DNA of 64,000 nt, taken from the IMG/VR virus record IMGVR_UViG_2693429820_000003; one strand, given 5' to 3'. Below are positions 9,271-19,534 of the stretch, piece by piece; position 1 is the first letter of the stretch; every line of letters starts with the position of its first letter. The translations under genes and the position numbers were made by a program. Below the pieces are notes generated by a model. That model was not told the origin of the DNA, searched no databases, and worked only from the letters and a program-made list of their open reading frames with translations. Origin of the DNA: a virus. Taxonomy: Duplodnaviria > Caudoviricetes.

Positions 9271-11592
9271 GCTCTTCTCTCCTCACGTAATCGATTTCAA
9301 TTCGCCCCGTGATCTCCTTGCGAGCGTCCGCCATGACGTCGGAGATATTAGAAAAGCCGCTACGCCATTTGGCGTGCGGCTTGTTCAGTTTGTATGAGAG
9401 GGCGTCCTGGTAGATGGCGACGAAGACTGTGGTCACGACGGCGGGATCACCCACTGTGCGACCGGAAACGGCACGGAACATAGTGCCTCGACCCAGGCCC
9501 TACCCTTCTCCGTGGGTCGAAACACGATCTTCCCCTCGAACATTTCGGGCTCTATCATCCCTTCGTCCCTCAAGTTCGAGGTGGTATTGATCACGGATGA
9601 GGTATTGGCTCGGGGATGCTCGGCAGCAGAATAATAGTAAAACAGCATCGTCTCGATGCAGACAGGACTAGCCATCCTGATATTCCTCCCTGGTTTCCTC
9701 AATCTCGACTTCCGAAAACCACTCAGCGTCTTGGCTGAAATCAGCGCGAGGCATATTGAAATGCTCCCGCAACAACTCAAGCAACTGTTCGCGTTCGATC
9801 CTGACCCTTGTGGTGGTCACCGTTTTGATGCGCGTCTTTACCATCTGCTGCCATCTCGCATGTGATGCGCCCATGTCCTGCGAACAGGGCGTGATGAACG
9901 ACCCAGACCTTCTTGAAGCCGTCTCGTCGGAGTTCGAAGTGGCCGGTGCCAGCTTCCACGACGAGACCGCAGCGGTAGCAGAGGCCGGCTTGTCGGTTAC
10001 GGGCCATCTAGGACTCAAACTCTCGTTTGAGCTGCTCATATTGTCTTCGACGCGTCTCTTGCCACACTGCTTCGCTCTGCAAACGCCGCGCCACTTCTGT
10101 GTCTGTTTCCGGTCGTGGTTTCTCTAGGCGTACCTCCACGGTAGCGCTGCCGTAATCGTCGTACGGCTCTATATCAATCCGGAGGTCACCATGCTGCTGC
10201 ATCGATTGCGTGAGGAAGTGGATTGCTTCCGAGATCTTGCGTCCATCCAGATCGTAGCGGATGTCGATGTACTCCATGATCTCTTTTCTAGGTGTGTCGT
10301 TCATTGAGATACTCCTTCGCCTCACACATCGCTTGCAGGAACGCGATGCACGGGTTCATCCGCGATGGGCGGCTGTCGACGTCAAAGCCCGTGTCCAGCA
10401 CCCGGTCCTCCTGCAACCCCATGGGTGCGATCCAGGCATCGTCGCTGACAGAACATGTGCCGACTTTCCACATCCAGTTGGGGAAGACTTCGTGGAAAAG
10501 TTTGAGGCAGGAATCCATGGATATCTCCACCGAGGAATCGTACCATCGTCCTTCCCAGACCCGCTCTCCGTCATCCGCAATCACATAGGTCATGCAAAAC
10601 TCGCGGTCCTCGCTGACCTCGTAAAGCTTCTTATCTTTGAGGAAACACAGGACCTCGCCCAGAAGCTGGTCGGGGAAATGTTTTCCTCTGAAGGCAGCGA
10701 TCTGTTCAGACAGCTTCATTGTGCTGCTCTTCCGTTCGGAGATATTCCAACCAATCGGCTTCGCAAGCGCCGTGGAAATAGCGACCTTCGTCTTCACTCG
10801 ACGGAACAGCAGCGTTGAGCCACCATCCCGCCTCGAACGCCTTCTGCTCCTCCACCCGCGCCTCTCCACAGAGCCGGAGCAGCTCCTTCGCCAGGGCGAT
10901 GGCATCCTCCTTGCTCTCTTGGTCGAGGATGTAGCGAGCTTGGACGTGGATGAGGTGGTCGTGGAAGGAGGTCATGCGTATTTTTCCTCACCGAAGACGC
11001 AAGCCTGCAGGAAGGCATCGGCGCAGGGGGCATCAATGTTACCATCAAATATCTGCGCGAAACGGCCCGGGAATCTCTCAGCCATGGCTTTGAGACCGGT
11101 GGCGATACGGCGTTCATCCAATCGGTGCTTCATCTTGTGCCCGGTTTGCTCGTCGTCCACTTCGATGACGTCGATCAGGATGGCGCCAGCGAACGTCTCT
11201 GGTTCGGAATACCAATAGTCGCCGCGATGCTTGCGCCTCCGCCAGTAGATGCCGTCACACCACCCACCACGACTTGCCGTGGTTACGGGGTCGCCACCTT
11301 CGATGGCACTGGAGAACAGTTCTGACAGTGTAGCGGGTGAGATTTCGAGATTTACAATCAAGACTTGGCTCCCTGCTGATCAGTGGTGGGCTCGCTGCAC
11401 TGCGGAATTTCGTCGACATCCTCGCAGTGGCAACAGCACGACCATCCGCAGGTCTCGCACCCTGGACCGTTGTGATACCCGGCGCTGCGAAAGAACATGT
11501 CGATTTCGCCGTCGTCCATTCTTGGTGTATGTCCGCGAGCTTTCATGGCATCGAACCAATTTTCATCCATCGCCATTTGGCGCCCTCCGAAC

Positions 11593-11985
11593 TCAGTTCC
11601 TGAAGTCGATATTCGGAACAATGGCCGCCGGCTTGAACGTCACCCGGTAGTGGTAGACGTTGGCGGCTGCCGCCTCCATCTGCTCCGAGAAATAGGTGAC
11701 GTTGTCGCTCAGGCCGAGGAAGTGCTTCTTGTACTGGCCCGCGCCGGTCTTGCAGGTGACGGACAGCTTCTTGTCGGTCTGGGTCTGCGCGCAGAGGCCC
11801 TCGATAGTGAGGATGTAGTCGTTGGTGATCCCGTTGTAGAAAACGATCCGGCGGTTAATCTCGAAATTGTCGGCAGCCTGCGAGAGGTTGCGTGATGCAA
11901 CATCGGCGTCATTTGAGCAGGCGGCCAGGCCGAGCGTGATCGCTGCGACGAGCAGCATGCCCGTCACCTTGTGTATATTCGTCAT
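11593..11985 (-). CDS. Phage lipoprotein
   Basis: Signal peptide with lipobox LAAC, then ADVASRNLSQAADNFEINRRIVFYNGIT. Confidence 0.8.
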   Translation of the reverse strand: MTNIHKVTGMLLVAAITLGLAACSNDADVASRNLSQAADNFEINRRIVFYNGITNDYILTIEGLCAQTQTDKKLSVTCKTGAGQYKKHFLGLSDNVTYFSEQMEAAAANVYHYRVTFKPAAIVPNIDFRN

Positions 11986-12215
11986 GTTTTCGATTTCCTT
12001 TTAAACGTCCTGGCCGTCGACCATAGTCAACGTAGGATAGCCTTGCAGTGAACACTCACCGGAGACGGAGTCTCCCCACTCTTCGGGTCTTTCGTATGCG
12101 GTAAACGAGGCGGCATCATCGAGCACGCCCTTGACGATGCGCTCTGCCTCCTCTGCGCTTTCGGCCTCGACTGTGACTGCAGCCTTGAGGCTCATGTCGA
12201 ATGTGTAATGTTTGG

Positions 12216-12530
12216 TCATGTCGCCGACGCCTCCTCGATCATGGCGTGCCATTTCACGTACCCCTGCTCCTTCGCGCTGACGCGCAATGGGTCGGGATAC
12301 GTCGCAAAAAGGAATGATGTGGTGTTGATGCAAGCGATGACATCGGCCATTTCCCGAGCCAGTTCCTCCAGATTGGTGAGGCCGCTCTTCGGGTCCAGCT
12401 CGCCCGCACCCTGCATGAGACAGCGCGAGGCTCGGCCTGCCAGCTCGTTGCATTCCTCACCCAGCTTGGCGAGGACGGCGATGCGGATCGGGTTCGTCTC
12501 CGGTATCCACGGTGAGATGGTGTCGGTCAT
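12216..12530 (-). CDS. MazG-like NTP pyrophosphohydrolase
   Basis: KLGEECNEL...EMADV acidic helical motif. Confidence 0.65.
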   Translation of the reverse strand: MTDTISPWIPETNPIRIAVLAKLGEECNELAGRASRCLMQGAGELDPKSGLTNLEELAREMADVIACINTTSFLFATYPDPLRVSAKEQGYVKWHAMIEEASAT

Positions 12531-13979
12531 GTAGGCACCTGCCACAGAAGGGAGTAGACGGCGTAAAAACTGGAGGGAACCCACAGCACCAGCATCGTCC
12601 GCTCCAGTTTCGACCAGGCCTTCCAGCTGTCGAAGCTGGCAAACGAGACGCCGATGCCCATCACCAAGAGGATGATGGCCGCTAGGAGATTAAGGAGAGC
12701 CAGGACCATCTGAGTCCTCCCATGGTGGGGACAGCTTGACTGCCGCGACGAGTGATGAGGCGCCCGCAACGAGAGCGGCTGTGATAATGTGAGCCGGCCA
12801 ACTGTCTCCGAACGTCACAAGAACAACGAAGATGAACAGTGACTGGAGGAGCTGACAGAGGCCGACTAGGTTCAGGATGACACTCATGGGCGCAGGCCTT
12901 TCACACCACGACGCTTGGCCGTGTTGAGGTGACGACGAAGACCGCGTGTCATGTTCGGAAGCACGACTGTTTCCTGAAGCTCCTTCGCATAGCGGACGTG
13001 GGCCTGCTTCTTCATCTCGAGCATGGCCGCTTCGGCTAGTTCTGCCTGCACGAGGAAGTTGGTCACTTTGCTCTCCACTGGCTAATGCTCCTGTCTGAAA
13101 AGGCCGACGTAGAACGTGCCGGTGATATCTAGGAGTTCACTGATGTAATGGTGACCCCTTCCATCGGGACATCTGATGAAGAGTCCGTACGAGTCCTCTT
13201 CAATTTTGAGTACCGCGTTGGCCGGCAGGCAGTCGAACCGGTCGTCGGCTCGAACATAGTCGCCTTTTCCGCAGTCGCAGACCTTGATAAATTCGCTCAT
13301 TCCGAACGAGGCTCGGCCAGGTGAGCCTTCACCTGCTCTCGGAATCCTGCGAACCACTCCACTAGGTCGGCGCCGTTGACCGGCGTTTCATCGTCATCGA
13401 ACTCGGGCCAGGCTTCGACAAGATCGTGCAACAAGTCCCGGTCAGTCGTTGGCATAGGTCACCACCCATTGTGCAATGTGAATCAGACAGAAGATCGGCA
13501 TCAGGACCCAGGCAAGAGCGAGTATCCACATGAAGTCTCCGGCTGTGGTTCGCTTGCCTTCAAACGCTCGAACTCCGCAAGAGAGGCAGGTCCATAGTGC
13601 AACCCAGAGGATGAAAGACATCGATGAAGGTGCTCCAGCAGATTGTCGGGAAGCGGAGATTGGAAGGCTGGATAAAGAACGGGCCCACCTTGGTTCAGAT
13701 GGGCCTGTATGGTGTAGAGGCTCAGATCGAGCAGCCACTTGAAGTGCTCGATGTCCGTCTCATCAAACGGTACGTTGCGCCCCTTCATTGTGTAGATGAT
13801 GCACGTTTGAGGCTGGGCTTGGGTCCCCAGATGACCCTCGATAACCTGAAGGAGTTTCATCTTCGCGCTCCCGATGGATCAGTACCCAGACACCCGTCCC
13901 CGGAATGAGTGCGAACGTGTCGATGTAGGTTCCGGGGAATGTGGGGTTGCCGAAACGATCGACAAGTTCGGGGAAGGCC

Positions 13980-14492
13980 CTACGCCGGTGCCAGAGCATA
14001 GGACGCAGCCTCTATCAGAGTGAGAGGACGGAAATCGGCCACGCCATCGACACCAACGTCGAGACTTCCTGGAATGCGATCAGGAAGAGTGGCGTGACAG
14101 TGGCCATGGAGGTGGATGCCACCACGACGCTGACCTGCCCAGGTTCGAAGCGGGTAGTGGCAAAGCGTGAGGTGGAAGTCCCCCAGCTGGACTTCCAAGA
14201 ACTGGATAACCTGCTCCCATTGGGGGAGCTTGCGGGTCATGCTGTGGTCGTGGTTCCCCCAGATCAGGATCTTCTTGCCATGCAGCTGGGTGAGCAGAGA
14301 CTGCATATCTCGAGGCTTGCTGTGGAAGGCGAAGTCCCCAAGGTGGAAGACCGTGTCCTCGGGTTGGACGTAGTAATTCCACCGTTGGATGAGAGCAGCA
14401 TTCATCTCCTCAACCGAGGCGAATGGCCTTCGGCAGTAGTTGATAATGTTGGCGTGCCCGAAGTGGGTGTCGGCGGTGAACCAGACGGTCAT
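13980..14492 (-). CDS. Calcineurin-like metallophosphoesterase
   Basis: ADTHFGH, HLGDF, GNHD, CHYP, HGHCH motifs. Confidence 0.92.
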   Translation of the reverse strand: MTVWFTADTHFGHANIINYCRRPFASVEEMNAALIQRWNYYVQPEDTVFHLGDFAFHSKPRDMQSLLTQLHGKKILIWGNHDHSMTRKLPQWEQVIQFLEVQLGDFHLTLCHYPLRTWAGQRRGGIHLHGHCHATLPDRIPGSLDVGVDGVADFRPLTLIEAASYALAPA

Positions 14493-14848
14493 GCGGCCCT
14501 CTCGTGTCGGAAATGTTGGGGTTTGGTTGCCTCGTACCAAAAGGCCACTCGGGGTGGCTCTTCGTAGACGGTGATGATCAGTGGGGTTTCTTCGAGATAC
14601 TTCCGCTCGGCCTTCCTAAGGGTGGCCCCGCTCTCCCTGGCCGTGTCGATGATCAGAAGTCGACCGAGGTGGCGAGGGTGGCGGGCACCGTAGGGAATGA
14701 ACGGAATGCCGAGCAGGTGGGAGGTGTAGACGCTTGCTAGCGCTCCTGATCTCCCCGGTCCTGTTACGGCACCGAGGTCGTCTGTTGTGTAGGTGGTAAG
14801 GATTTCTCGCAGACGAGCCGAGAACTCGGTCTCCGAGACTATCCTCAA
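14489..14848 (-). CDS. Minimal phosphoribosyltransferase-fold protein
   Basis: VTGPGRSG...LGIP and LLIIDTARESGATL (variant PRPP loop); TTG start overlaps upstream stop. Confidence 0.6.
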   Translation of the reverse strand: MRIVSETEFSARLREILTTYTTDDLGAVTGPGRSGALASVYTSHLLGIPFIPYGARHPRHLGRLLIIDTARESGATLRKAERKYLEETPLIITVYEEPPRVAFWYEATKPQHFRHERAA

Positions 14849-15045
14849 AGCCACCCCACAACAGCACCCACGGGTAGCAGGCCGATCCCCAGGAGGCGGA
14901 GTACTTCCATCAACCCCCACTGCGACAACGGCACAGCCGTCTGGGCTAAGAGGAATAGCTTGTACAGATTCATGACCCAGCCAACAGCACCCATCAGGGC
15001 AACGCCAAAGCCGAACGCCCACAAACCTGCGGTGAATTTGCTCAT
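14845..15045 (-). CDS. Small membrane protein
   Basis: Two hydrophobic segments, 66 aa. Confidence 0.6.
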   Translation of the reverse strand: MSKFTAGLWAFGFGVALMGAVGWVMNLYKLFLLAQTAVPLSQWGLMEVLRLLGIGLLPVGAVVGWL

Positions 15046-15061
15046 AGTGTATTTTCCTGGG

Positions 15062-15319
15062 TTAGATAAGGATCAGCTGTTCAGCCACGTCCCGGCTGAC
15101 CTGGATCGGCTTGGGTGCGGGTCGTACGAAGGCTATAGCCTTCACGACCACCAGCTCGGCCGCCGGTCGATCAGTATGGGAGAGCAAGGTCTCCGCATGC
15201 TTGATGGCCTCGTCTTCGGTGGCCTTCCACTTGCGATGCGAGGTGTGAACAAGAGGGGCGATGACGCAGTAACGCTCTTCGGTCTGCACGACCTGGGTGG
15301 GCTTCGGACGACGAGCCAT
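15062..15319 (-). CDS. Hypothetical protein
   Basis: AGGAG RBS, 85-aa ORF. Confidence 0.6.
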   Translation of the reverse strand: MARRPKPTQVVQTEERYCVIAPLVHTSHRKWKATEDEAIKHAETLLSHTDRPAAELVVVKAIAFVRPAPKPIQVSRDVAEQLILI

Positions 15320-15447
15320 GGGTATCTCCTAATAAAATGGGGGCAGCTTCCCCAGGGGTGCTGATGCAGTCCCCTCATCTCTCACCCCTGGGGATTACGG
15401 TCCGCCGTAAGACCCATCGAAAACCAGAGATAAGGGGATCTGTGTTG

Positions 15448-15678
15448 TCAGCGGTCGACCACTGCCAGCTCGCAATGGATCACGTGTTTGAGGTTGAGGT
15501 ACCAAGAGGAATCGTCGATGGACCGAATTCTGGCCCAGCCATCTCCGCTGATGCTCAGCACTTCCCAAGCCTTGGACTCGACGTGACCATTGATGAGACC
15601 AACGTTGGAGATCATGACCTTCTTGGCGGGGTCTAGGCCGTTGACCTGGTTAAACAACGTGATTGGTGTGTTCATCAA
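15448..15678 (-). CDS. Hypothetical protein
   Basis: Coupled to upstream gene. Confidence 0.5.
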   Translation of the reverse strand: MMNTPITLFNQVNGLDPAKKVMISNVGLINGHVESKAWEVLSISGDGWARIRSIDDSSWYLNLKHVIHCELAVVDR

Positions 15679-16036
15679 TCACCTTCGTGTTGAGACCATT
15701 CTCCCCGGCGAACTTCGCAAAATGAGCCGGCCACTCCGATACCTGTGACTTGTCGTGAACCTTTTGCAGGTCCCGGAAGAAGTCAAAATTCTCGAGCCCG
15801 ACACCGAGGCCTTCTGTGAGCACAGCCTCAAGCATGACGTCGTCGCCATTGTCGAACTTGGGGCTGTATTTATCGTCGGGGATCAGCATCCCTACCGCGC
15901 ACTTGTGGCCTTGCGGGCTCCGGTACATACAGAAGATGTCGTCCTCGTCCTTCTTCCGCAACGACCGGGTGCCCTGCTTCAGCAACCCACCGACTGCGCG
16001 ATCGAAATAATCCTGCTTCTGTTCTTGGGTAAGCAT
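15650..16036 (-). CDS. Cys-motif protein, family C copy 1
   Basis: CMYRSPQGHKCAVGMLIPDD..LQKVHD; paralogue of 20463-20849. Confidence 0.8.
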   Translation of the reverse strand: MLTQEQKQDYFDRAVGGLLKQGTRSLRKKDEDDIFCMYRSPQGHKCAVGMLIPDDKYSPKFDNGDDVMLEAVLTEGLGVGLENFDFFRDLQKVHDKSQVSEWPAHFAKFAGENGLNTKVIDEHTNHVV

Positions 16037-16218
16037 CGACGAACCTTTCTAAGTTTCTCGTGGAAGTTCTTCCGAAGGCGTTGCTCTTCGGTTCGAGGTT
16101 TGGGGCGAAGCACCTGATGGACGCGCGCCTTCGACACGCCGACTGCTCTTGCAATCTGCGCGTAGGAAAGGTTATGCGTGTCTCGGAGGTGCTTGGCCTG
16201 GGTGGACCAAGTGGGCAT
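15979..16218 (-). CDS. Small HTH DNA-binding protein
   Basis: LSYAQIARAVGVSKARVHQVL. Confidence 0.65.
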   Translation of the reverse strand: MPTWSTQAKHLRDTHNLSYAQIARAVGVSKARVHQVLRPKPRTEEQRLRKNFHEKLRKVRRCLPKNRSRIISIAQSVGC

Positions 16219-16648
16219 GGGGGGATGCGGTGGCCTGGGTTCTAAAAGAATTGAATGACAAGCAGCTGGAATTAGCGCTTGAAAGTTTCAACAGCCGTCG
16301 GACGAGCCTTCAAGGTGAACAGGCGAGTATCCGAGCATCGCAAGAGTCCTTGCTAAGGGCCCGTCTGCCTAATCAGGACCAAATCGACGCGCTCCAGGTA
16401 AGCCTTGAGGTACTTATCAATATTGAGCTTCATACCTCTCGTGAGATTGAAAAGCTTGAAGCTGAGATAGAGAGCCGGAAGTAGCCAGTTACGCCCTGAC
16501 GAGCAGTTCTTTAACCTCGTCCTTGAGCGTGGCTTCGTCCTCCCAAAGGCGCGGTGGACGGTCCCAGTCGTTGAGATCACACTTGAGTGCCCGGATCGCA
16601 TTGTCGATCCGGTCGTCGATGAGACGTACGAGAGCCTCGAACTGTTCC

Positions 16649-17047
16649 TCAGACATAGCAAAGGGGCTCCTCGCCGCTCTGCTGCTCAGCCCAGTTCTTA
16701 GGCAGACCATGCTCGAGCAGCCAGTAGATGCGCTTGGCAGCTCCCTGTGGAGTATTGTCTAGGTAACTCCACCCTGGTCCGAAGGCCCAGTCCCACTCGT
16801 CCGAGTAGTGGGCGAGGTCGAACTGATTGCGTGAATAGCTCTGCCACGAGTAGCAATCCGCGCTGGGCTCAATACCCGCTGCGGGGCCATGACCAAGAGC
16901 ACACGCAATTGCGCCGCAATCGTGCTTCGCCGGGCTGTATTCGTGATCCCGGTAAGCGCTAACGCAGTACCATTTCATGTCAAACTCGTACTCCACACGG
17001 CCGGTGATGAGATAGTCTGCGAGTTTTCTGAGGTTGTCTCTATTCAT
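16649..17047 (-). CDS. Cys-motif protein, family B copy 1
   Basis: NLRKLADYL..FDM..CGAIACALGHGPAAGIEP..DNTPQGAAKRIYWLL. Confidence 0.82.
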   Translation of the reverse strand: MNRDNLRKLADYLITGRVEYEFDMKWYCVSAYRDHEYSPAKHDCGAIACALGHGPAAGIEPSADCYSWQSYSRNQFDLAHYSDEWDWAFGPGWSYLDNTPQGAAKRIYWLLEHGLPKNWAEQQSGEEPLCYV

Positions 17048-17435
17048 AGCAGAGAGGCTCCGTACGCATCATCTGTTTGTGCCAGTTCGACGGTAGTCCC
17101 TCGTCGAGGAGCCAATAGATGCGCCTCGCGGCCCCCTCCGGCGTGTTATCCGATCTTTCCCAGCTACCGGAGAAGAGCCACATACCCTCGTCGCTGAATA
17201 ACGAGAGGCCGAAATGGCGTCTCACATAGGTCGTCCAGGACTCATCCTTCTTGATAGGTTCGATCCCGGCGGCGGGTCCATGCCCAGCTGCGCAGGCGAC
17301 GGTACCGCACTCATGGACCAACGGGGCGAGATCATCGCCGTACTCGTCGCGGCAGAAGGACCCCATATCGAAACGGCACGCGGTGGTGCCCGTTGCGAGG
17401 TAGTCGGCCAGCTTCTTGAGGTTTTCACGATGCAT
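17040..17435 (-). CDS. Cys-motif protein, family B copy 2
   Basis: NLKKLADYL..FDM..CGTVACAAGHGPAAGIEP..DNTPEGAARRIYWLL; ATG at 17435. Confidence 0.82.
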   Translation of the reverse strand: MHRENLKKLADYLATGTTACRFDMGSFCRDEYGDDLAPLVHECGTVACAAGHGPAAGIEPIKKDESWTTYVRRHFGLSLFSDEGMWLFSGSWERSDNTPEGAARRIYWLLDEGLPSNWHKQMMRTEPLCYE

Positions 17436-17778
17436 TGGCGATAGCCTTATCCAAGAGTGCGAGTACTTCCCCGTGTTTACGGTTGTCTGCATCGTTGAAC
17501 GCGATGACGATATCCGCTGCCACACCGTTGTTGTGGAGGTCTTTGGCCTCGGGTTCGATCAGCTTTGCGAGCGTCGACACCACTGCTGCCCGTGACCAGT
17601 GCGGTAGTTCGACCGCTCGGAGGGCGCCGAAGAGACACCAGCAGACCGCAGCTCCGCTCTCCGGAAGGAGCCCTGACATTCCGTCAGCGTTACGGGCGAG
17701 GCTATGTTGCGTCCACCGATCCGGGGTCGCCAGGTGGTTGCGGACAGCTTTGAGATTTTCAAGAAGCTGATTTGACAT
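17425..17778 (-). CDS. Family A (DUF6197-like) paralogue 1
   Basis: PDRWTQ..CWCLFGA..FNDAD..H..V..LLDKAIA. Confidence 0.82.
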   Translation of the reverse strand: MSNQLLENLKAVRNHLATPDRWTQHSLARNADGMSGLLPESGAAVCWCLFGALRAVELPHWSRAAVVSTLAKLIEPEAKDLHNNGVAADIVIAFNDADNRKHGEVLALLDKAIANAS

Positions 17779-18136
17779 TGGCGATGGCCTCATCGAGTAC
17801 GTTCAGGACGTCGTCGTGAGTGGTTCTCCGGTCGTCATTGAAGGTCGGGATGTCGCTGTGCGTGCGGGTCACGACGATCTGGATCGCGCCCTCCAACGCT
17901 TTCCAGCGAGGGTTTTTCTCGCTGGTGTCGTATGTCAGTTCATCGAGTTGGTTGGGAAACTCACCCTCGGCCACCACCTTATTCATGGCACCGAGCATGC
18001 AGTAGCAGGTGGCATACGTCGACCAGGGCTCAATCTGGGATTGCTCCTCGTCCATAGCATAGTAGTCCCGTGTCCACTTCGCGGGCGGCGTCAGCAGGGT
18101 GCGGACAGCCTTCAGATCTTCAAGAAGCTGTGACAT
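17759..18136 (-). CDS. Family A paralogue 2
   Basis: PAKWTR..CYCMLGA..FNDDRRTTHDDVL. Confidence 0.82.
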   Translation of the reverse strand: MSQLLEDLKAVRTLLTPPAKWTRDYYAMDEEQSQIEPWSTYATCYCMLGAMNKVVAEGEFPNQLDELTYDTSEKNPRWKALEGAIQIVVTRTHSDIPTFNDDRRTTHDDVLNVLDEAIANVKSAS

Positions 18137-18273
18137 GCTGAAACACCCTCTTCCCTGAGTTGCGATAGGTCTTGCCCTTGGCAAATGTGGGCTTGACCCG
18201 CGTGATGACAGACGTTTTCTTCGCGCGACGGAGGGCCGCGCGTTTGACTTGGCGTGACATGTGGGAAGTCTCT

Positions 18274-18594
18274 CTACTTAGAAAACATGATGGCGAGGTC
18301 GATGACGCTCATGACGTCGCGATGCGTGGTGTTGGGGTGGTCATGCCAATGAAGAAGGCTATCGTGGCGCCAATGGACGTGCCCCTGGAGAGCGTTCCAT
18401 AACGCTCGCCCACGTGGTTTGTCCCCGTCGGCAATCGCGTGCACCGCAAGTGGTACGCAATACCTGCCGGCTTCGGTGCGATAGGAAAGCGGAATACCAT
18501 TGATGTCGAAGTGGATCATGTTCTTGGTCCACTTTTCTGGCAAGTCGACGAGGCTGCGCAGGGTGTGGAGATCAGCGAGGAGCTGACTATTCAC
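18274..18594 (-). CDS. Family A paralogue 3 (divergent)
   Basis: PEKWTK..YCVPLA..WHDHPNTTHRDVM. Confidence 0.75.
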   Translation of the reverse strand: MNSQLLADLHTLRSLVDLPEKWTKNMIHFDINGIPLSYRTEAGRYCVPLAVHAIADGDKPRGRALWNALQGHVHWRHDSLLHWHDHPNTTHRDVMSVIDLAIMFSK

Positions 18595-18868
18595 CCCTGC
18601 CAAAATAATCCTCGATCGCCTGCTGGACCTCAACATAGAACGGGCCGGTCCAGTCTTTCACCCACTGCGGCGCGTTCGGATGGTTTCGTAAGTCGTCAGT
18701 TGCATACTGGTCATCGACCAGTGCGAGGGCAGCATACTCCCCCATTGCAACAATCTGGTCAGTGACATCCCAGGTCGTAGGTCCATAGGGATCGACTTCG
18801 ACCGCGTAGTCGCGTACCCACGCCTGGGGGACGAAACGGGCGACGATGCGGTGGGTATCCTCAGGCAT
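18587..18868 (-). CDS. Unrelated hypothetical protein inside the array
   Basis: MPEDTHRIVARFVPQAW..PQWVKDWTGPFYV; start overlaps paralogue 4 stop. Confidence 0.7.
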   Translation of the reverse strand: MPEDTHRIVARFVPQAWVRDYAVEVDPYGPTTWDVTDQIVAMGEYAALALVDDQYATDDLRNHPNAPQWVKDWTGPFYVEVQQAIEDYFGRGE

Positions 18869-19166
18869 TGGCGATGGCCTTATCCAAGAGTGCAAGCACG
18901 TCGGAGTGCCTGGTGTTGGGGTGGTCGTTGAAATTAGCAATGCTCCGACCGTCCCCGATGGCGTGGTAGAGGGCAGAATTGACCTCATTTTCCCGATCGA
19001 AGGGCAGAAGCTTTCGGCCAGCACCGACGAGACACCAGCACGTTGCGCTCTCATTCTGAGGGTGGACATGAAGGCGATGCTTGTTCATCGCCAACCAACC
19101 CTGCGTCCACCGGTTCGGGTCCGAGAGCAGGTCGCGGACAGCGGTGAGGTCCTGTTTGAGGGTCAT
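18861..19166 (-). CDS. Family A paralogue 4
   Basis: PNRWTQG..CWCLVGA..FNDHPNTRHSDVL. Confidence 0.82.
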   Translation of the reverse strand: MTLKQDLTAVRDLLSDPNRWTQGWLAMNKHRLHVHPQNESATCWCLVGAGRKLLPFDRENEVNSALYHAIGDGRSIANFNDHPNTRHSDVLALLDKAIANA

Positions 19167-19483
19167 GGGTTGGCCTCGATCACTTTATCAAGGAAGGCCA
19201 TGACACCCGGGTGAGTACCGTTGTCGTTAAGGGTGAGGTACGAACCTGGTTCTGTGGCAGCCGCCGTAAGAGCCTTGTCCACGGCGTGGAAGCGGGACCA
19301 GTGTTGTCTGGCGTGGAGCTTGGCGTTCGCTCCGTTCAGGCACCAACACGTAGCTGCGGGATGGTTAAATGTTACGCCACAACCCTCGTGGTCGCGAGCA
19401 TTCTCGCCCTTGGTCCATTTGGCGGGATCGGAGAGGAGTGTGCGGATTGCTCGGAGGTCAGTGTTGAGTTGGGATGCGGACAT
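19163..19483 (-). CDS. Family A paralogue 5
   Basis: PAKWTKG..CWCLNGA..LNDNGTHPGVM. Confidence 0.82.
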   Translation of the reverse strand: MSASQLNTDLRAIRTLLSDPAKWTKGENARDHEGCGVTFNHPAATCWCLNGANAKLHARQHWSRFHAVDKALTAAATEPGSYLTLNDNGTHPGVMAFLDKVIEANP

Positions 19484-19534
19484 GCGTTATCGCTCCTTCC
19501 CTGGGCGGGAGAACGGACGTGATTGTGGGTGGTG

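Larger units (their letters stand above)
8326..13999 (-). other. Dense run of small overlapping early-type hypothetical genes (~20 ORFs)
   Basis: Head-to-tail minus-strand ORFs with overlapping stop/start, e.g. 8326-8652, 8591-8887, 9227-9481, 9777-10007 (CxxC), 10008-10325, 10706-10975, 10972-11361, 11358-11621 (Cys-rich), 12001-12219, 12690-12887, 12884-13078. Confidence 0.7.

Noticed and set aside
15361-15424. Hammerhead ribozyme (CTGATG...GAAA)
   Set aside because: Core is CTGATGC, not CTGANGA, and the stems do not fit hammerhead topology
15979-16218. Aca-type marker implying that the array encodes anti-CRISPRs
   Set aside because: A generic HTH next to small genes is not enough, and I recognise no Acr family similarity; kept only as an untested possibility
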